Source of the DNA: Nitrosopumilus sp.
Lineage (GTDB): Bacteria; Pseudomonadota; Gammaproteobacteria; Xanthomonadales; SZUA-36
DNA length: 64,000 bases
Assembly: GCA_964225175.1 (NCBI GenBank)
Contig: CAXQNK010000105.1
Span: forward strand, 15,120-79,119
Direction of reading: 5' to 3'
Under the pieces are notes generated by a model. It saw only the letters and a list, made by a program, of their open reading frames with translations. It did no database searches and was not told where the DNA came from. Shown one piece after another: positions 19,475 through 28,510 of this stretch. Position numbers and translations under genes: made by a program. The stretch's first letter is position 1, and every line of letters starts with the position of its first letter.

Positions 19475-19753
19475 TCAGCCCAGTCGTGTCATCCGGTAGC
19501 TCTGAATCCGGGTTTCCTCACCTTCAAGGAAGGCGATGGTTTCTGCAGACCACATCGCGCCGCTGCCGCTGACCTCGACACGCACTGATGAGCGCGCAAC
19601 ACCGGCTGGGTTTTCCCCACTTGAGCATGGCAGGTAGCAATTGTAGACCTCCGTTTCAGGCAGGTACTCCGCAACCATTTCCAAGACTTCGTCGGTAAAT
19701 GAGAAATTGCTCTCAAGAAAAAATCCCTGGCCGGGCGTGTGCTGCATCACCAC
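19475..19753 (-). CDS. hypothetical protein
   Basis: 92-aa ORF with acidic, protein-like composition. No family recognised. Confidence 0.35.
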   Translation of the reverse strand: MVMQHTPGQGFFLESNFSFTDEVLEMVAEYLPETEVYNCYLPCSSGENPAGVARSSVRVEVSGSGAMWSAETIAFLEGEETRIQSYRMTRLG

Positions 19754-19994
19754 CTGCCCGCCTGCGATCCGCCAATGATCCGGCTCATGTCAACGCCTCG
19801 CGCAGCACATCGGACGCTCGCATGGCGTTCCGGATCTGATCGGGGCCCTAACGCTCGGGGTTCTGATTCAGAGATCATGTTTGCGCGGAAAGAGCGGGGG
19901 GTCGGCGACTGTTTCAAAGCAAGCAGGGGCATTAATTCTGCAAGCTGGTATGCTGACTCCATTTTCGTGGCCGAGATAAACGGAACCCTCCCAC

Positions 19995-20453
19995 ATGACT
20001 GAAGTGTTGCGACTTTGCGTTGTGCTCGTGATATTCAACCTGGGCATTGGCGGCTGTGCCAGCCTGGGCCCGAACTACGAGTCCCCCACGGTGACCCTGA
20101 GTTCTTTCAGGGTCCTTCCCGCGGAAGGCATGGTGCCTGAATTTGAAATCGGACTTCGCATCCTCAATCCAAACGCGGCGGCATTGGAGCTGCAGGGCAT
20201 TGTTTACACCATATCGGTGCAGGGCTTTGAACTGGTCAAGGGCGTGGGGCGAGACTTTCCCCTGATCGATGGGTACAGCGAAGAGGAGATTACGCTCTCC
20301 GCCAGTGCCAACCTTCTCACGGGTATCCGTTTTTTTGGCGACATGATGAAAAACCAGCAGCAGTCGCTGACCTATGATTTTGAGGCACGCCTTGATGTCG
20401 GAGGTCTGTTCTCAATTGTAGAGGTGAGGGAAAGCGGCAGCATCGATCTCTGA
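19995..20453 (+). CDS. LEA type-2 (LEA14/WHy-like) lipoprotein
   Basis: 152 aa with a lipobox (NLGIGGC), then PTVTLSSFRVLPAEGMVPEFEIGLRILNPNAAALELQGIVYTISVQG, typical of the LEA_2 fold. Confidence 0.75.
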   Translation: MTEVLRLCVVLVIFNLGIGGCASLGPNYESPTVTLSSFRVLPAEGMVPEFEIGLRILNPNAAALELQGIVYTISVQGFELVKGVGRDFPLIDGYSEEEITLSASANLLTGIRFFGDMMKNQQQSLTYDFEARLDVGGLFSIVEVRESGSIDL

Positions 20454-20487
20454 ACGTGCGCCCGGAAGTTGCGGGATTGGAGAAATA

Positions 20488-22632
20488 ATGACCAAAGACA
20501 ACCAGCCCGGCTCTGTGCACTATCGAGCCTGCCATCTTTGCGAGGCCATCTGCGGCGTAGCCATCACAGTCGAGGAGGGTCGGGTCACATCTGTCAAAGG
20601 GGACGCCGATGACCCATTCAGTCGCGGCCATGTCTGCCCCAAGGCGGTCACGCTGAAAGATGTCCACGAGGACCCGGATCGACTGCGCCAACCTATGATC
20701 AGATCGGGGAAGCAATGGCGGGAGTGCGGCTGGGAAGAGGCTTATGCGGCTGTCGCAGAGGGCCTCGCTGAAGTCATCGAAAAGCAAGGCCCCGATGCGG
20801 TAGCCATCTACCTGGGCAACCCAACCGTTCATAACTGGGGCATGATGACCCACAGCGTCAATTTTCACGGCCTCATCAGAACGCGCAACCGGTATTCCGC
20901 GACATCGGTTGATCAGTTGCCGCATCAGCTGATTTGCCACTGGATGTACGGTCATCAACTCATGGTCCCGGTTCCTGACGTGGACCGCAGCCAGTTTTTT
21001 CTGATCATTGGCGGCAACCCGATGGCGTCCAATGGTAGCCTGATGACGGTGCCGGATTTCAGGGGGCGGATGAAAGCGCTGCGGGCTCGAGGAGGGCGCC
21101 TGGTAGTCGTGGACCCGCGCCGTACCGAGACAGCCGAGATTGCTGATGATCATGTTTTTATCCGGCCCGGCACAGACGCCTGGTTTCTGCTGGCCCTGCT
21201 GAATGTCATCATTACCGAGCATCTTGATGACCTCTCAGCCTATGAAGATTTTCTCGGGAACTGGCACCAGGTGGGACCAGCGATAGCGGGTTTTACTCCG
21301 GAGCGTGCTGAAGAAATATGCCGGGTCCCGTCCCAGACCATTCGTGAGATCGCCCGCGCTCTGGCTGACGCGGACGGGGCGGTGTGCTACGGACGAATGG
21401 GTGTGTCCGTGCAGCGTTTTGGCACTTTGTGTCAATGGGCCATCCAGTTGATCAATATCGCCACCGGCAACCTTGATCGCCCTGGTGGCAGCATGTTCAC
21501 CTTGCCGGCTGTTGACACCGTGGGCGGACCCAACAGCCGTCCGGGGCATTTCAATCGGTGGCAAAGCCGCGTTCGGGGGCTTCCTGAGTTCTCCGGCGAG
21601 TTACCGGTTGCGGCGCTGGCCGAAGAAATTCTCACCCCGGGAGATGGCCAGGTACGTGCGCTGATCACCGGCGCGGGTAATCCGGTGTTGTCTACACCCA
21701 ATGGCCAGCAGCTTGATGAAGCGCTGGAACAGCTGGACTTCATGGTGTCCGTGGATTTTTATCTCAACGAGACCACGCGGCATGCGCGGGTCATCCTGCC
21801 GCCGAGCTCTCCCCTGGAGCGCGACCATTTCGATCTGGTGTTTAACGTCTTCGCGGTTCGAAACGTGGCACGCTACAGCCCCGCGACCTTGCCCAAAGCC
21901 CAGGGTGCACGTCACGACTGGGAAATTCTGACGGCGCTTGGCGAGCGCCTTGCCCAGAGATTGGGGGTGGCACCCAAGCCCAGTATTCCGCCCACAGCGC
22001 TGCTGCAGATGGGGCTGCGCGCTGGCCCCTACGGACGATCTGAAGAGCGGCCGGATGGGCTCGATTTCGAATCTCTGGCGCAACAGGTTCATGGTGTTGA
22101 CCTCGGGCCGCTGCAGCCCTGCCTGCCAGGCCGCTTGCAGCGCGAGGACAGGATGATTGACTGCGCGCCCGAGCGGGTTCTGGCAGACCTAGAGCGTCTT
22201 GCTGCCGAGCCGGAGCCCTCATCGATTTCCGATGAGCAGTTGCTGATGATTGGCAGAAGGCATGTGCGAAGCAACAATTCCTGGGGACATAACTATCGCA
22301 GGCTCGTCAAGGGCAAGCCGCGCCACCAGTTGCAAATGCATCCGACCGATGCGCAGGCCCGTCAATTGACGGACGGTCAGCTCGTTCGGCTGCGTTCGCG
22401 TGTGGGTGAAGTGACGGTCGATCTGCAGCTGACAGACGCCATGATGCCGGGCGTGGTGAGCTTGCCCCACGGTTGGGGCCATGACCGCAAAGGCGTGCGG
22501 TTGCGCGTGGCGTCAGAGCGTCCCGGCGTAAGCATGAATGATCTGACCGATGAGTCGGCTCTCGACGTGGTGTCTGGGAACGCCGTGTTAAATGGCGTTC
22601 CAGTGACCGTGTATGCCGCCGAATCCAGTTAG
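20488..22632 (+). CDS. molybdopterin-dependent oxidoreductase family protein
   Basis: 714 aa with an N-terminal FeS motif (HYRACHLCEAICGV...CPKA), molybdopterin-binding regions and a C-terminal beta-barrel (VRLRSRVGEV...MMPGVVSLPHGWGH). Confidence 0.85.
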   Translation: MTKDNQPGSVHYRACHLCEAICGVAITVEEGRVTSVKGDADDPFSRGHVCPKAVTLKDVHEDPDRLRQPMIRSGKQWRECGWEEAYAAVAEGLAEVIEKQGPDAVAIYLGNPTVHNWGMMTHSVNFHGLIRTRNRYSATSVDQLPHQLICHWMYGHQLMVPVPDVDRSQFFLIIGGNPMASNGSLMTVPDFRGRMKALRARGGRLVVVDPRRTETAEIADDHVFIRPGTDAWFLLALLNVIITEHLDDLSAYEDFLGNWHQVGPAIAGFTPERAEEICRVPSQTIREIARALADADGAVCYGRMGVSVQRFGTLCQWAIQLINIATGNLDRPGGSMFTLPAVDTVGGPNSRPGHFNRWQSRVRGLPEFSGELPVAALAEEILTPGDGQVRALITGAGNPVLSTPNGQQLDEALEQLDFMVSVDFYLNETTRHARVILPPSSPLERDHFDLVFNVFAVRNVARYSPATLPKAQGARHDWEILTALGERLAQRLGVAPKPSIPPTALLQMGLRAGPYGRSEERPDGLDFESLAQQVHGVDLGPLQPCLPGRLQREDRMIDCAPERVLADLERLAAEPEPSSISDEQLLMIGRRHVRSNNSWGHNYRRLVKGKPRHQLQMHPTDAQARQLTDGQLVRLRSRVGEVTVDLQLTDAMMPGVVSLPHGWGHDRKGVRLRVASERPGVSMNDLTDESALDVVSGNAVLNGVPVTVYAAESS

Positions 22633-22634
22633 GA

Positions 22635-23198
22635 TCAAGTCGCTTGGTTCGTGCCGGGAAAACGCCGGCATTGCGGGTGGGGGTCGACCTGAAGCACATT
22701 GCACATTGAGGCTACCGTCCGGTACCACCCGACCAGGATGATGAATTCTACGAGCTGCTCATCACTGTAACGGGCCCTCAGCTGTGCCCATGAGTCATCA
22801 GACAGTTGCGCGGATTCTGATAGCTCGTCAATCATGTCGATCAGCTGCGCATCCGATTCTGACCAGGCTTCCCGGATGCATCCCTGCATGATGGTGGCGT
22901 CCACCTGATCTTGCGTGAGCCCGGCGGCTTCGGCGAACACGGTTGCGTGAAGTCCCCACTCATGTTCGGCACCCAACATGCCCGTGACGCGGTGAACAAC
23001 AATTTCCCTGTCGCGTAGGGGGAGCAGACCATGCCCCAATAGTCCGGCGCCGAGGATACCCGCGCGCGTAGCCAGGTCGGGGTGGATGTGAAAAGCCTCG
23101 AAAATCTCCGGGGTCTCGATGTCGGTTTGGCCTTTCCATCGGGCAATGTTTTTCGCCACGTCCGGCGAATAAGGTGGTTTCGGGGGCTTTAGTCGCAT
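22635..23198 (-). CDS. carboxymuconolactone decarboxylase (AhpD-like) family protein
   Basis: Trimmed to Met at 23198, which is preceded by AAGGAG. About 187 aa and all-helical. The central region reads LRDREIVVHRVTGMLGAEHEWGLH. The family call rests on overall resemblance only. Confidence 0.6.
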   Translation of the reverse strand: MRLKPPKPPYSPDVAKNIARWKGQTDIETPEIFEAFHIHPDLATRAGILGAGLLGHGLLPLRDREIVVHRVTGMLGAEHEWGLHATVFAEAAGLTQDQVDATIMQGCIREAWSESDAQLIDMIDELSESAQLSDDSWAQLRARYSDEQLVEFIILVGWYRTVASMCNVLQVDPHPQCRRFPGTNQAT

Positions 23199-23630
23199 TG
23201 CGGCGGACTCCTTGCGGATGTGTGTGGTCACAGGTGTTCAGGCATGAAAAAAATTATAAACCAGCCCGAATGATTCCGAGCAGGCAAGAGCAGGTGGCTA
23301 AAAAGTCAGGTAAAAGCCAGTCGCTCCCGGCTGGCTTTTCTGGTGGGCTGGTCAGCCTTTGAGGGATTCTGTCTTGTGGGTGGCGATGTATTGAACATCT
23401 GCCGAACAGTCCATGCGAGCCCCGCACTCGTCCTGGAATTGCTGTCTTCAGAACCGGCTCTGGACTCGCTGCGAAAGCGATTGACAAACACCTGGCGTTG
23501 CCTTTTGGGGAGGGAGATGAATGGGTGTCAGTGCCGAATTGATTCCGCAGCGCGTCCCATCGTGAGCGAGGGTGCTTACAGAAGTCTCCGAGGCCGGAAG
23601 TCCGGCTCGATCTCATTCAACGCCTCAGCA

Positions 23631-24707
23631 CTACATACCTTTGCGGGTTTGAATGATTTCTGTAGAGTTGGCGGGCAGGCTGAACGACACCCCGTCGTAG
23701 CCCACCGTGTACTCGGGGAAAATGTCGCCCGCACCATTCAGCCACAGTGCTTCTTGCCCCGGCACCATGATTGGCGGTACCACGTGGTAATACAGCAGGT
23801 GACCGACTCTGGCGTCGCGCGCTGTTTCTGCGGCCTCCCGTGGGCTGGCGTGATAGTCGGGGACGTCAAACATGACCTTGGCCAAAAGCTCGTTACCCAG
23901 GTTTTTGGCCGTGTCTTCCATCATGCCGATGAGTTCAGGCGAAAGCGCCTCATGGACCAACAGGTCAATACCTTCTGCGAAGCGCCTGATGTTGTCGGAT
24001 TGAGAGGTGTCGCCGCTAATCAGCATGGTTCGCCCCCCATAAGTGAAGCGATAGCCCACCGCGGGCGAGACGGGTGCGTGATCGACTCTCAACGCCTCGA
24101 CTGTTAAGCCATTCTTGCTGAAGACGGTCGTGAGCGCGCCATCTGGCGGTGTCGTGAAAGGCAAGGCGGTTAAGCCGGCAGCCGAGAGTGGAGCGACAAA
24201 GTCTCCGTGATGATTGTGCCGATAGGTGAAGTCGGCGGTATAAGCGGCGTTAAAGCCGGCGATGACGTCTTCCACGCCCTCGGGGCCATACACAGTCAGG
24301 GGCGTGAGCTTATCTCCTGTGGTCCAACGTAAGGTAGCCAACTCACCAAGCCCGTCGATGTGATCAGAGTGAAAGTGTGTGAGAAACACGGCTTCTACAC
24401 CACCGAGAGGGTAGCCCAGCCGCGCGAAATTACGGGGGCCATTGGCGCCGGCATCGACAAGGAATAATTGGTCTCCTGCTACCACCACCACGCAAGGGCC
24501 CGAGGCGCGGGGTGAGGGCATCGGGCCGCCCGCGCCGCAGAGTGCGACGTGCAGGCCATCTTCCAGAAGCTCTACTTGATTCGTACCCATTTGCTTGGGG
24601 AGGGCTGCCGCCATCAAGCGTTCGGCAATTGAAGCTCGCTGGGTGTAACCAACACCCAGCGCAATGGATATCGCCAGCGCAAGAACAACCATGTTGCGTG
24701 TTTTCAT
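23631..24707 (-). CDS. secreted MBL-fold metallo-hydrolase (RNase Z/beta-lactamase superfamily)
   Basis: 358 aa with a signal peptide (MKTRNMVVLALAISIALGVG) and the metal motif LTHFHSDHIDG. Confidence 0.8.
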   Translation of the reverse strand: MKTRNMVVLALAISIALGVGYTQRASIAERLMAAALPKQMGTNQVELLEDGLHVALCGAGGPMPSPRASGPCVVVVAGDQLFLVDAGANGPRNFARLGYPLGGVEAVFLTHFHSDHIDGLGELATLRWTTGDKLTPLTVYGPEGVEDVIAGFNAAYTADFTYRHNHHGDFVAPLSAAGLTALPFTTPPDGALTTVFSKNGLTVEALRVDHAPVSPAVGYRFTYGGRTMLISGDTSQSDNIRRFAEGIDLLVHEALSPELIGMMEDTAKNLGNELLAKVMFDVPDYHASPREAAETARDARVGHLLYYHVVPPIMVPGQEALWLNGAGDIFPEYTVGYDGVSFSLPANSTEIIQTRKGM

Positions 24708-24782
24708 AATGAACGTCCTCGGCGCTTTTCAAGACGGTGCACAAGAGTCCAGGTATTGGCACCATCGATGCCGGAATTTAAT

Positions 24783-24858
24783 GGATAGGAAGCATAAACC
24801 ACCTGCTTCGCAATTCAGCCCGACATCAGTGGCCCCGGAGCTATCTCCCTGCCACCAG
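24783..24858 (-). repeat. conserved upstream element, copy C (short form)
   Basis: Minus strand: CTGGTGGCAG..CCGGGGCCACTGATGTCGGGCTGAATTgcgaagcAGGTGGTTTATGCTTCCTATCC. It overlaps the 2OG-oxygenase stop and ends 76 nt before the MBL hydrolase ATG. Confidence 0.8.
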
Positions 24859-25929
24859 ACGCTTGAGGCTGCGCATGGGCCGGGTGACCTTCCAGGACGT
24901 GGAGTTTTCGAGTTCTTCGATTCGCGCCGCCAAACGCCTGACCTCCGCCTCCCGGCGCCCCAACATTTCCTGCAGGCCTTCCAGGTCGTCCGATTCGCTG
25001 TCTTCTTCCGGCACCGGGGGGGGCTTGCGCCCCTGTTGCTCCCTGGCGTGGTTCAGCTCGGTATTGAGCTGCATGATGTTACCGTACAGCCGCCGCAGAT
25101 GCTGGTCACGCCGGGTCACCAGGTTGCGGATATGTTGCAGCCGCTCAGCACTCAGCACCATGCCGGCATGCATGTCCTCGGGGAGGTGCTCTTCGACGTA
25201 AATGGTGGAATGCGCCGGACCCAGCTCATCCTCGGGCCGCGTGTCAGTGTAGAAGTACAGCGCAAAGCTCTTGCGCGAGAGATGACGCTTGTCCTCCGGC
25301 AGTGCAATCACCGGAAAACCGTGCCAGGAGTATTCGTTGGTCTCGAAGATCACGGCGCGGTTGAAGGCCGGGGTGACGGTGATGATCTCGTCCTGCGAGG
25401 GCGGCAGGTAGGGGTCACGATGCAGCTGGATGGAGCCACCCCACTCGTCACGCCACTCCGGGGTGAGATACACGATGAGGTTGAGTCGACGGTGTTGGCG
25501 GGTGATCGGATGCAGGTTGAAGTCCACGTGGGCGTCCAGGCTCTGGCCATGTCGGTTCTCGTGCGTTCCGCCACCGAAGTAATTCGGGTCGTATTCGAGG
25601 TCCGGCACGCCGGTGATGCGGGAAATCAGCATGCGGAAATCGTCGCTCTGCACCAGATCGTCCAACTCCCGCCAGTCGGGTCCGAGTTCGCGCACTTTCT
25701 CGTGCACGCATTTGCCGCCCACCTCGCCGTTTTCGTTGATGGACAACTGCTCGTCGAACTCAGGGAAGGACTCGGCGAGCCGCGCCGCGAGATCGGTGCT
25801 GAAGAAGCCGTCGATACACACGTGTCGAAACGGCTGCGCAGCTGCGAAGCGCCTTGCAATCTCATCCGCCTGTTCCATGACTTGCTGGTTGATGTCCCTG
25901 TCCAGTGTTGCCTTCATCGCTGCGTTCAC
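24841..25929 (-). CDS. 2OG-Fe(II) oxygenase (prolyl 4-hydroxylase-like) with C-terminal coiled-coil tail
   Basis: 362 aa (GTG start at 25929, or ATG at 25917). The N-terminus reads PFRHVCIDGFFSTDLAARLAESFPEF. It has the HxD motif (LDAHVDFN) and a tail with ...EVRRLAARIEELENSTSWKVTRPMRSLKR. Confidence 0.7.
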   Translation of the reverse strand: MNAAMKATLDRDINQQVMEQADEIARRFAAAQPFRHVCIDGFFSTDLAARLAESFPEFDEQLSINENGEVGGKCVHEKVRELGPDWRELDDLVQSDDFRMLISRITGVPDLEYDPNYFGGGTHENRHGQSLDAHVDFNLHPITRQHRRLNLIVYLTPEWRDEWGGSIQLHRDPYLPPSQDEIITVTPAFNRAVIFETNEYSWHGFPVIALPEDKRHLSRKSFALYFYTDTRPEDELGPAHSTIYVEEHLPEDMHAGMVLSAERLQHIRNLVTRRDQHLRRLYGNIMQLNTELNHAREQQGRKPPPVPEEDSESDDLEGLQEMLGRREAEVRRLAARIEELENSTSWKVTRPMRSLKRLVAGR

Positions 25930-25958
25930 CTGGGTGCTCTATTTCCACTCGATGGTAC

Positions 25959-26067
25959 GGATAGGAAGTATAAACCACCTAGTTGGGACTGCAGCCCGCT
26001 GTCCGCGGCCCCGGGAAATCGCATAAGGTAACAAGGGCTGATCCGCCGGGCTGCTGGTCACCAGTTC
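25959..26067 (-). repeat. conserved upstream element, copy B (long form)
   Basis: Minus strand: GAACTGGTGACCAGCAGCCCGGCGGATCAGCCCTTGTTACCTTATGCGATTTCCCGGGGCCGCGGACAGCGGGCTGCAGTcccaactAGGTGGTTTATACTTCCTATCC. It ends 30 nt before the oxygenase GTG. Confidence 0.8.
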
Positions 26068-26317
26068 GTCTCAGTATGCCTCCTCCGGGCCAAATTGGCC
26101 CCATGGCCGTGACGCAGCCGAATCCGGCCCAGGACTCGACGCCCCATTAGCTGGCCCCAAACAGACTCTTGCCGTGCTCAGCTTTCCGGTAGCGATTCGG
26201 TCAGCGCTCGATCTGCCGGAAGGAACGACGACCGGCGATGGCAGTTTCTGGTTCGGAGTGTTCGGAGATCGAACCGGACGGACTCGCAGATGTTTTGGGG
26301 GGCACGAAATTTTTCTA

Positions 26318-28510
26318 TTACCGTGCCTCGAACTGCAGTTCGTAGAATGCGAGCCCCAACATTCGACGATCAGGGCTGACGTTCAGTTGGGATGGTGATA
26401 TTGCGTCGGGTAATTCAACGCTAATGCGCGTCGAACCATCCGCCATGAGCAGACCGGCGGGTATCTCCACTTCAATCATCTGGAATTCACCTTTCTCCAG
26501 TGAGAAACGGGAAATTTCTGAACCGCCAACGCGCACGGTTACTCTTTGGCTGTCAATTAGCCCCGGCGCCAAGAAGGGTTTGACCCTCGCGCTCAGCAAG
26601 ATATCGGTCTGCGTCTTCTCAAAGGGAATCAACAGGCTGGCTGCTTTACCATTGGTCCAAGTGATTGCCTTGTCCGTGCTCATGGCCCATCCGCTCTCAA
26701 TGAATGCCCTGAAGGTTCCCTCGGTACCAAAGCTCAACCTGGTCCCGAAGATATACTTTTCTCGGTCATTCAGAGGGTTGACCTCGTGTTCCGAACGAAT
26801 GTCCCAGGCCGTAAGATCATAAACGCTGCCCCTGATTTCATACTCCGTAAACTGATCAAACCTGTCTTTTGCCGCGGCGTCATTTCGATGGATCAGGCTG
26901 TTATAAAAATAACGCGATCTGTTTTTACTGCTGCCCTCAGCAAATAAGCGAGTGCCCGGAAAGTTCGGTTCCAATCCGAGTAGATCAAGAATCGTCGCCG
27001 GAATATCGCTTAACTCGGCCCAGGTATCCGAAATGTGGAGTCTCCCTTGAGCATACGGTGGCTTTATCAGTAGCAGGGGTAAGGGATTACCCCAAAGTCG
27101 GTCGAGGGCCTTACTGCTGTCGACTGTATTTCCGTCGGATGTTTTCAGGTCAAAACCCACACCGCCGCCATGATCGCTGTGGATCAGGATCAAGGACTCG
27201 TCGTAAACTCCGAGTTCCATCAATCTGCGCACAAAATTCAGCGAGTTTTCAAGCGTGCAGAGAGACTGAGCGGCTGTATTTTCGAAGGTATATTCCACTT
27301 CATGACCAATAAACGAGCAATCCTCTCTGGTGACAAGCGGCGCATGAGGCGTCACCAGGTGAATGAATTTGTAGCGTGGGCTTCCGTCAATGACAGTAAG
27401 CTGATCTGTCAGGTCCAGCAGGAACGAGTTGTGCGCAAAGTGTTCAAACTGGGTTCCCGCTCCATTTAACAGAGAAGATAACCACCAGTTACCTGATCTG
27501 TAGACCAGAGGCTTCAGGAAATGGGGGGTTTGGCGGAACAAAGATACATCCAGCAATTTCGCGACGCTCGTCCGGGTGGCCTCAGATCCGAAACTGTAGG
27601 GAGCCGGCACACGAAAGTAACTGGAGTAAAAACTGCGCGGGGGATTCCACCACACGGGTGTCGCTATATCAATGGAGTATCCTTTCTCGGCCAGTTCGGA
27701 GTAAATGTTCTGTCCGTTTAGTGCTTGCTCGTGGTAGTGCGATATGGTCGTGTCGAACCGGTAAGGAACTCCCGTCAGACTGGCCGGAATGCTCAGGTAC
27801 GTGACTGGGGAGGACGTTGTTGAGTCTCGGAAAAAGGTGAAACCGGGCAAATCAGCGCCGAGACGGTTTTCCCGCTCTAAAAGACTTTCAAATATGCTGG
27901 CCTGAAAGCCGTCGAGAACCAGATGAAAAACGTTTCCCTGGCTCGAGACGATTGGTAGCTCTGGCGGAAGCGTGTCGCTACCATCAATCCTGCTGGCGGG
28001 TTTGTTCCATTGCAATTGAATGGCACCGGCTGCCTGCAACACGAGCAACAATATCGCGACTTGCCAGCCTTGGCGAAGCAGGACTTGCCGCCATTTTAAA
28101 AAAATCGCTGCTGCTACCAGCCAGATGGCAAGATCGACCAGGTTGCGCCCACTTTTCGTGAAATCCAGAGGTGTCCCGTCGAGCACACCCACATCCCAAA
28201 CAAGCAAGTTTCCATGTGTGTAGGTCACGACACCCAGAAACAGGAAAGTGAGTCTGAGAGTCTGGCCCCAAGGGTTCTTCAGCAGCAGCACAGGAACAAG
28301 GAGAATCAGGGTCAGGATGAGCCACAGAGACACCAGCCCGCTAACCAGCATTTCCTGAAAGCTCGCAACAAATTCGCCAGAGTTGGAAGCATAAATGTGG
28401 AACGTGCCCAGCAAGCACAGGTTCGTGCTGAGCAGCAGAACCGGCAAGACGGAGCTTAAAAGGTCAAGACGGAGTGCCCCCTTCTCTTTTTTGAGCGAAG
28501 AAAAATTCAC
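26318..28510 (-). CDS. membrane-anchored sulfatase-like (LTA synthase / phosphoglycerol- or phosphoethanolamine-transferase family) protein
   Basis: ORF 26318..28582. The N-terminal 24 codons are the repeat element, so GTG at 28510 is the preferred start (uncertain). It has several N-terminal TM segments, then an alkaline-phosphatase-superfamily core (FHLVLDGFQASIFE, FIHLVTPHAPL, LILIHSDHGGG) and a C-terminal beta-rich domain. Confidence 0.75.
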   Translation of the reverse strand: MNFSSLKKEKGALRLDLLSSVLPVLLLSTNLCLLGTFHIYASNSGEFVASFQEMLVSGLVSLWLILTLILLVPVLLLKNPWGQTLRLTFLFLGVVTYTHGNLLVWDVGVLDGTPLDFTKSGRNLVDLAIWLVAAAIFLKWRQVLLRQGWQVAILLLVLQAAGAIQLQWNKPASRIDGSDTLPPELPIVSSQGNVFHLVLDGFQASIFESLLERENRLGADLPGFTFFRDSTTSSPVTYLSIPASLTGVPYRFDTTISHYHEQALNGQNIYSELAEKGYSIDIATPVWWNPPRSFYSSYFRVPAPYSFGSEATRTSVAKLLDVSLFRQTPHFLKPLVYRSGNWWLSSLLNGAGTQFEHFAHNSFLLDLTDQLTVIDGSPRYKFIHLVTPHAPLVTREDCSFIGHEVEYTFENTAAQSLCTLENSLNFVRRLMELGVYDESLILIHSDHGGGVGFDLKTSDGNTVDSSKALDRLWGNPLPLLLIKPPYAQGRLHISDTWAELSDIPATILDLLGLEPNFPGTRLFAEGSSKNRSRYFYNSLIHRNDAAAKDRFDQFTEYEIRGSVYDLTAWDIRSEHEVNPLNDREKYIFGTRLSFGTEGTFRAFIESGWAMSTDKAITWTNGKAASLLIPFEKTQTDILLSARVKPFLAPGLIDSQRVTVRVGGSEISRFSLEKGEFQMIEVEIPAGLLMADGSTRISVELPDAISPSQLNVSPDRRMLGLAFYELQFEAR

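Noticed and set aside
24664-26031. Very long plus-strand ORF (455 aa) opposite the 2OG oxygenase. Similar long antisense ORFs occur at 20317-21222 (-), 14364-15122 (-), 9000-9698 (+), 40411-41160 (-) and 42357-43148 (-).
   Set aside because: Each lies antisense to a gene with clear family motifs and has R/P/G/H-rich, low-complexity composition. This is typical of shadow frames in GC-rich DNA. None shows a recognisable motif.
26250-26290. tRNA-like T-arm (minus strand GGTTCGATCTCCGAAC...CGAACCA), a possible tRNA fragment or att site. There is also a tandem 9-mer, GTTCGGAGT GTTCGGAGA.
   Set aside because: The sequences flanking TTCGATC are not complementary, so there is no 5-bp T-stem. No acceptor or anticodon arms can be drawn, and no second copy was found in the window.
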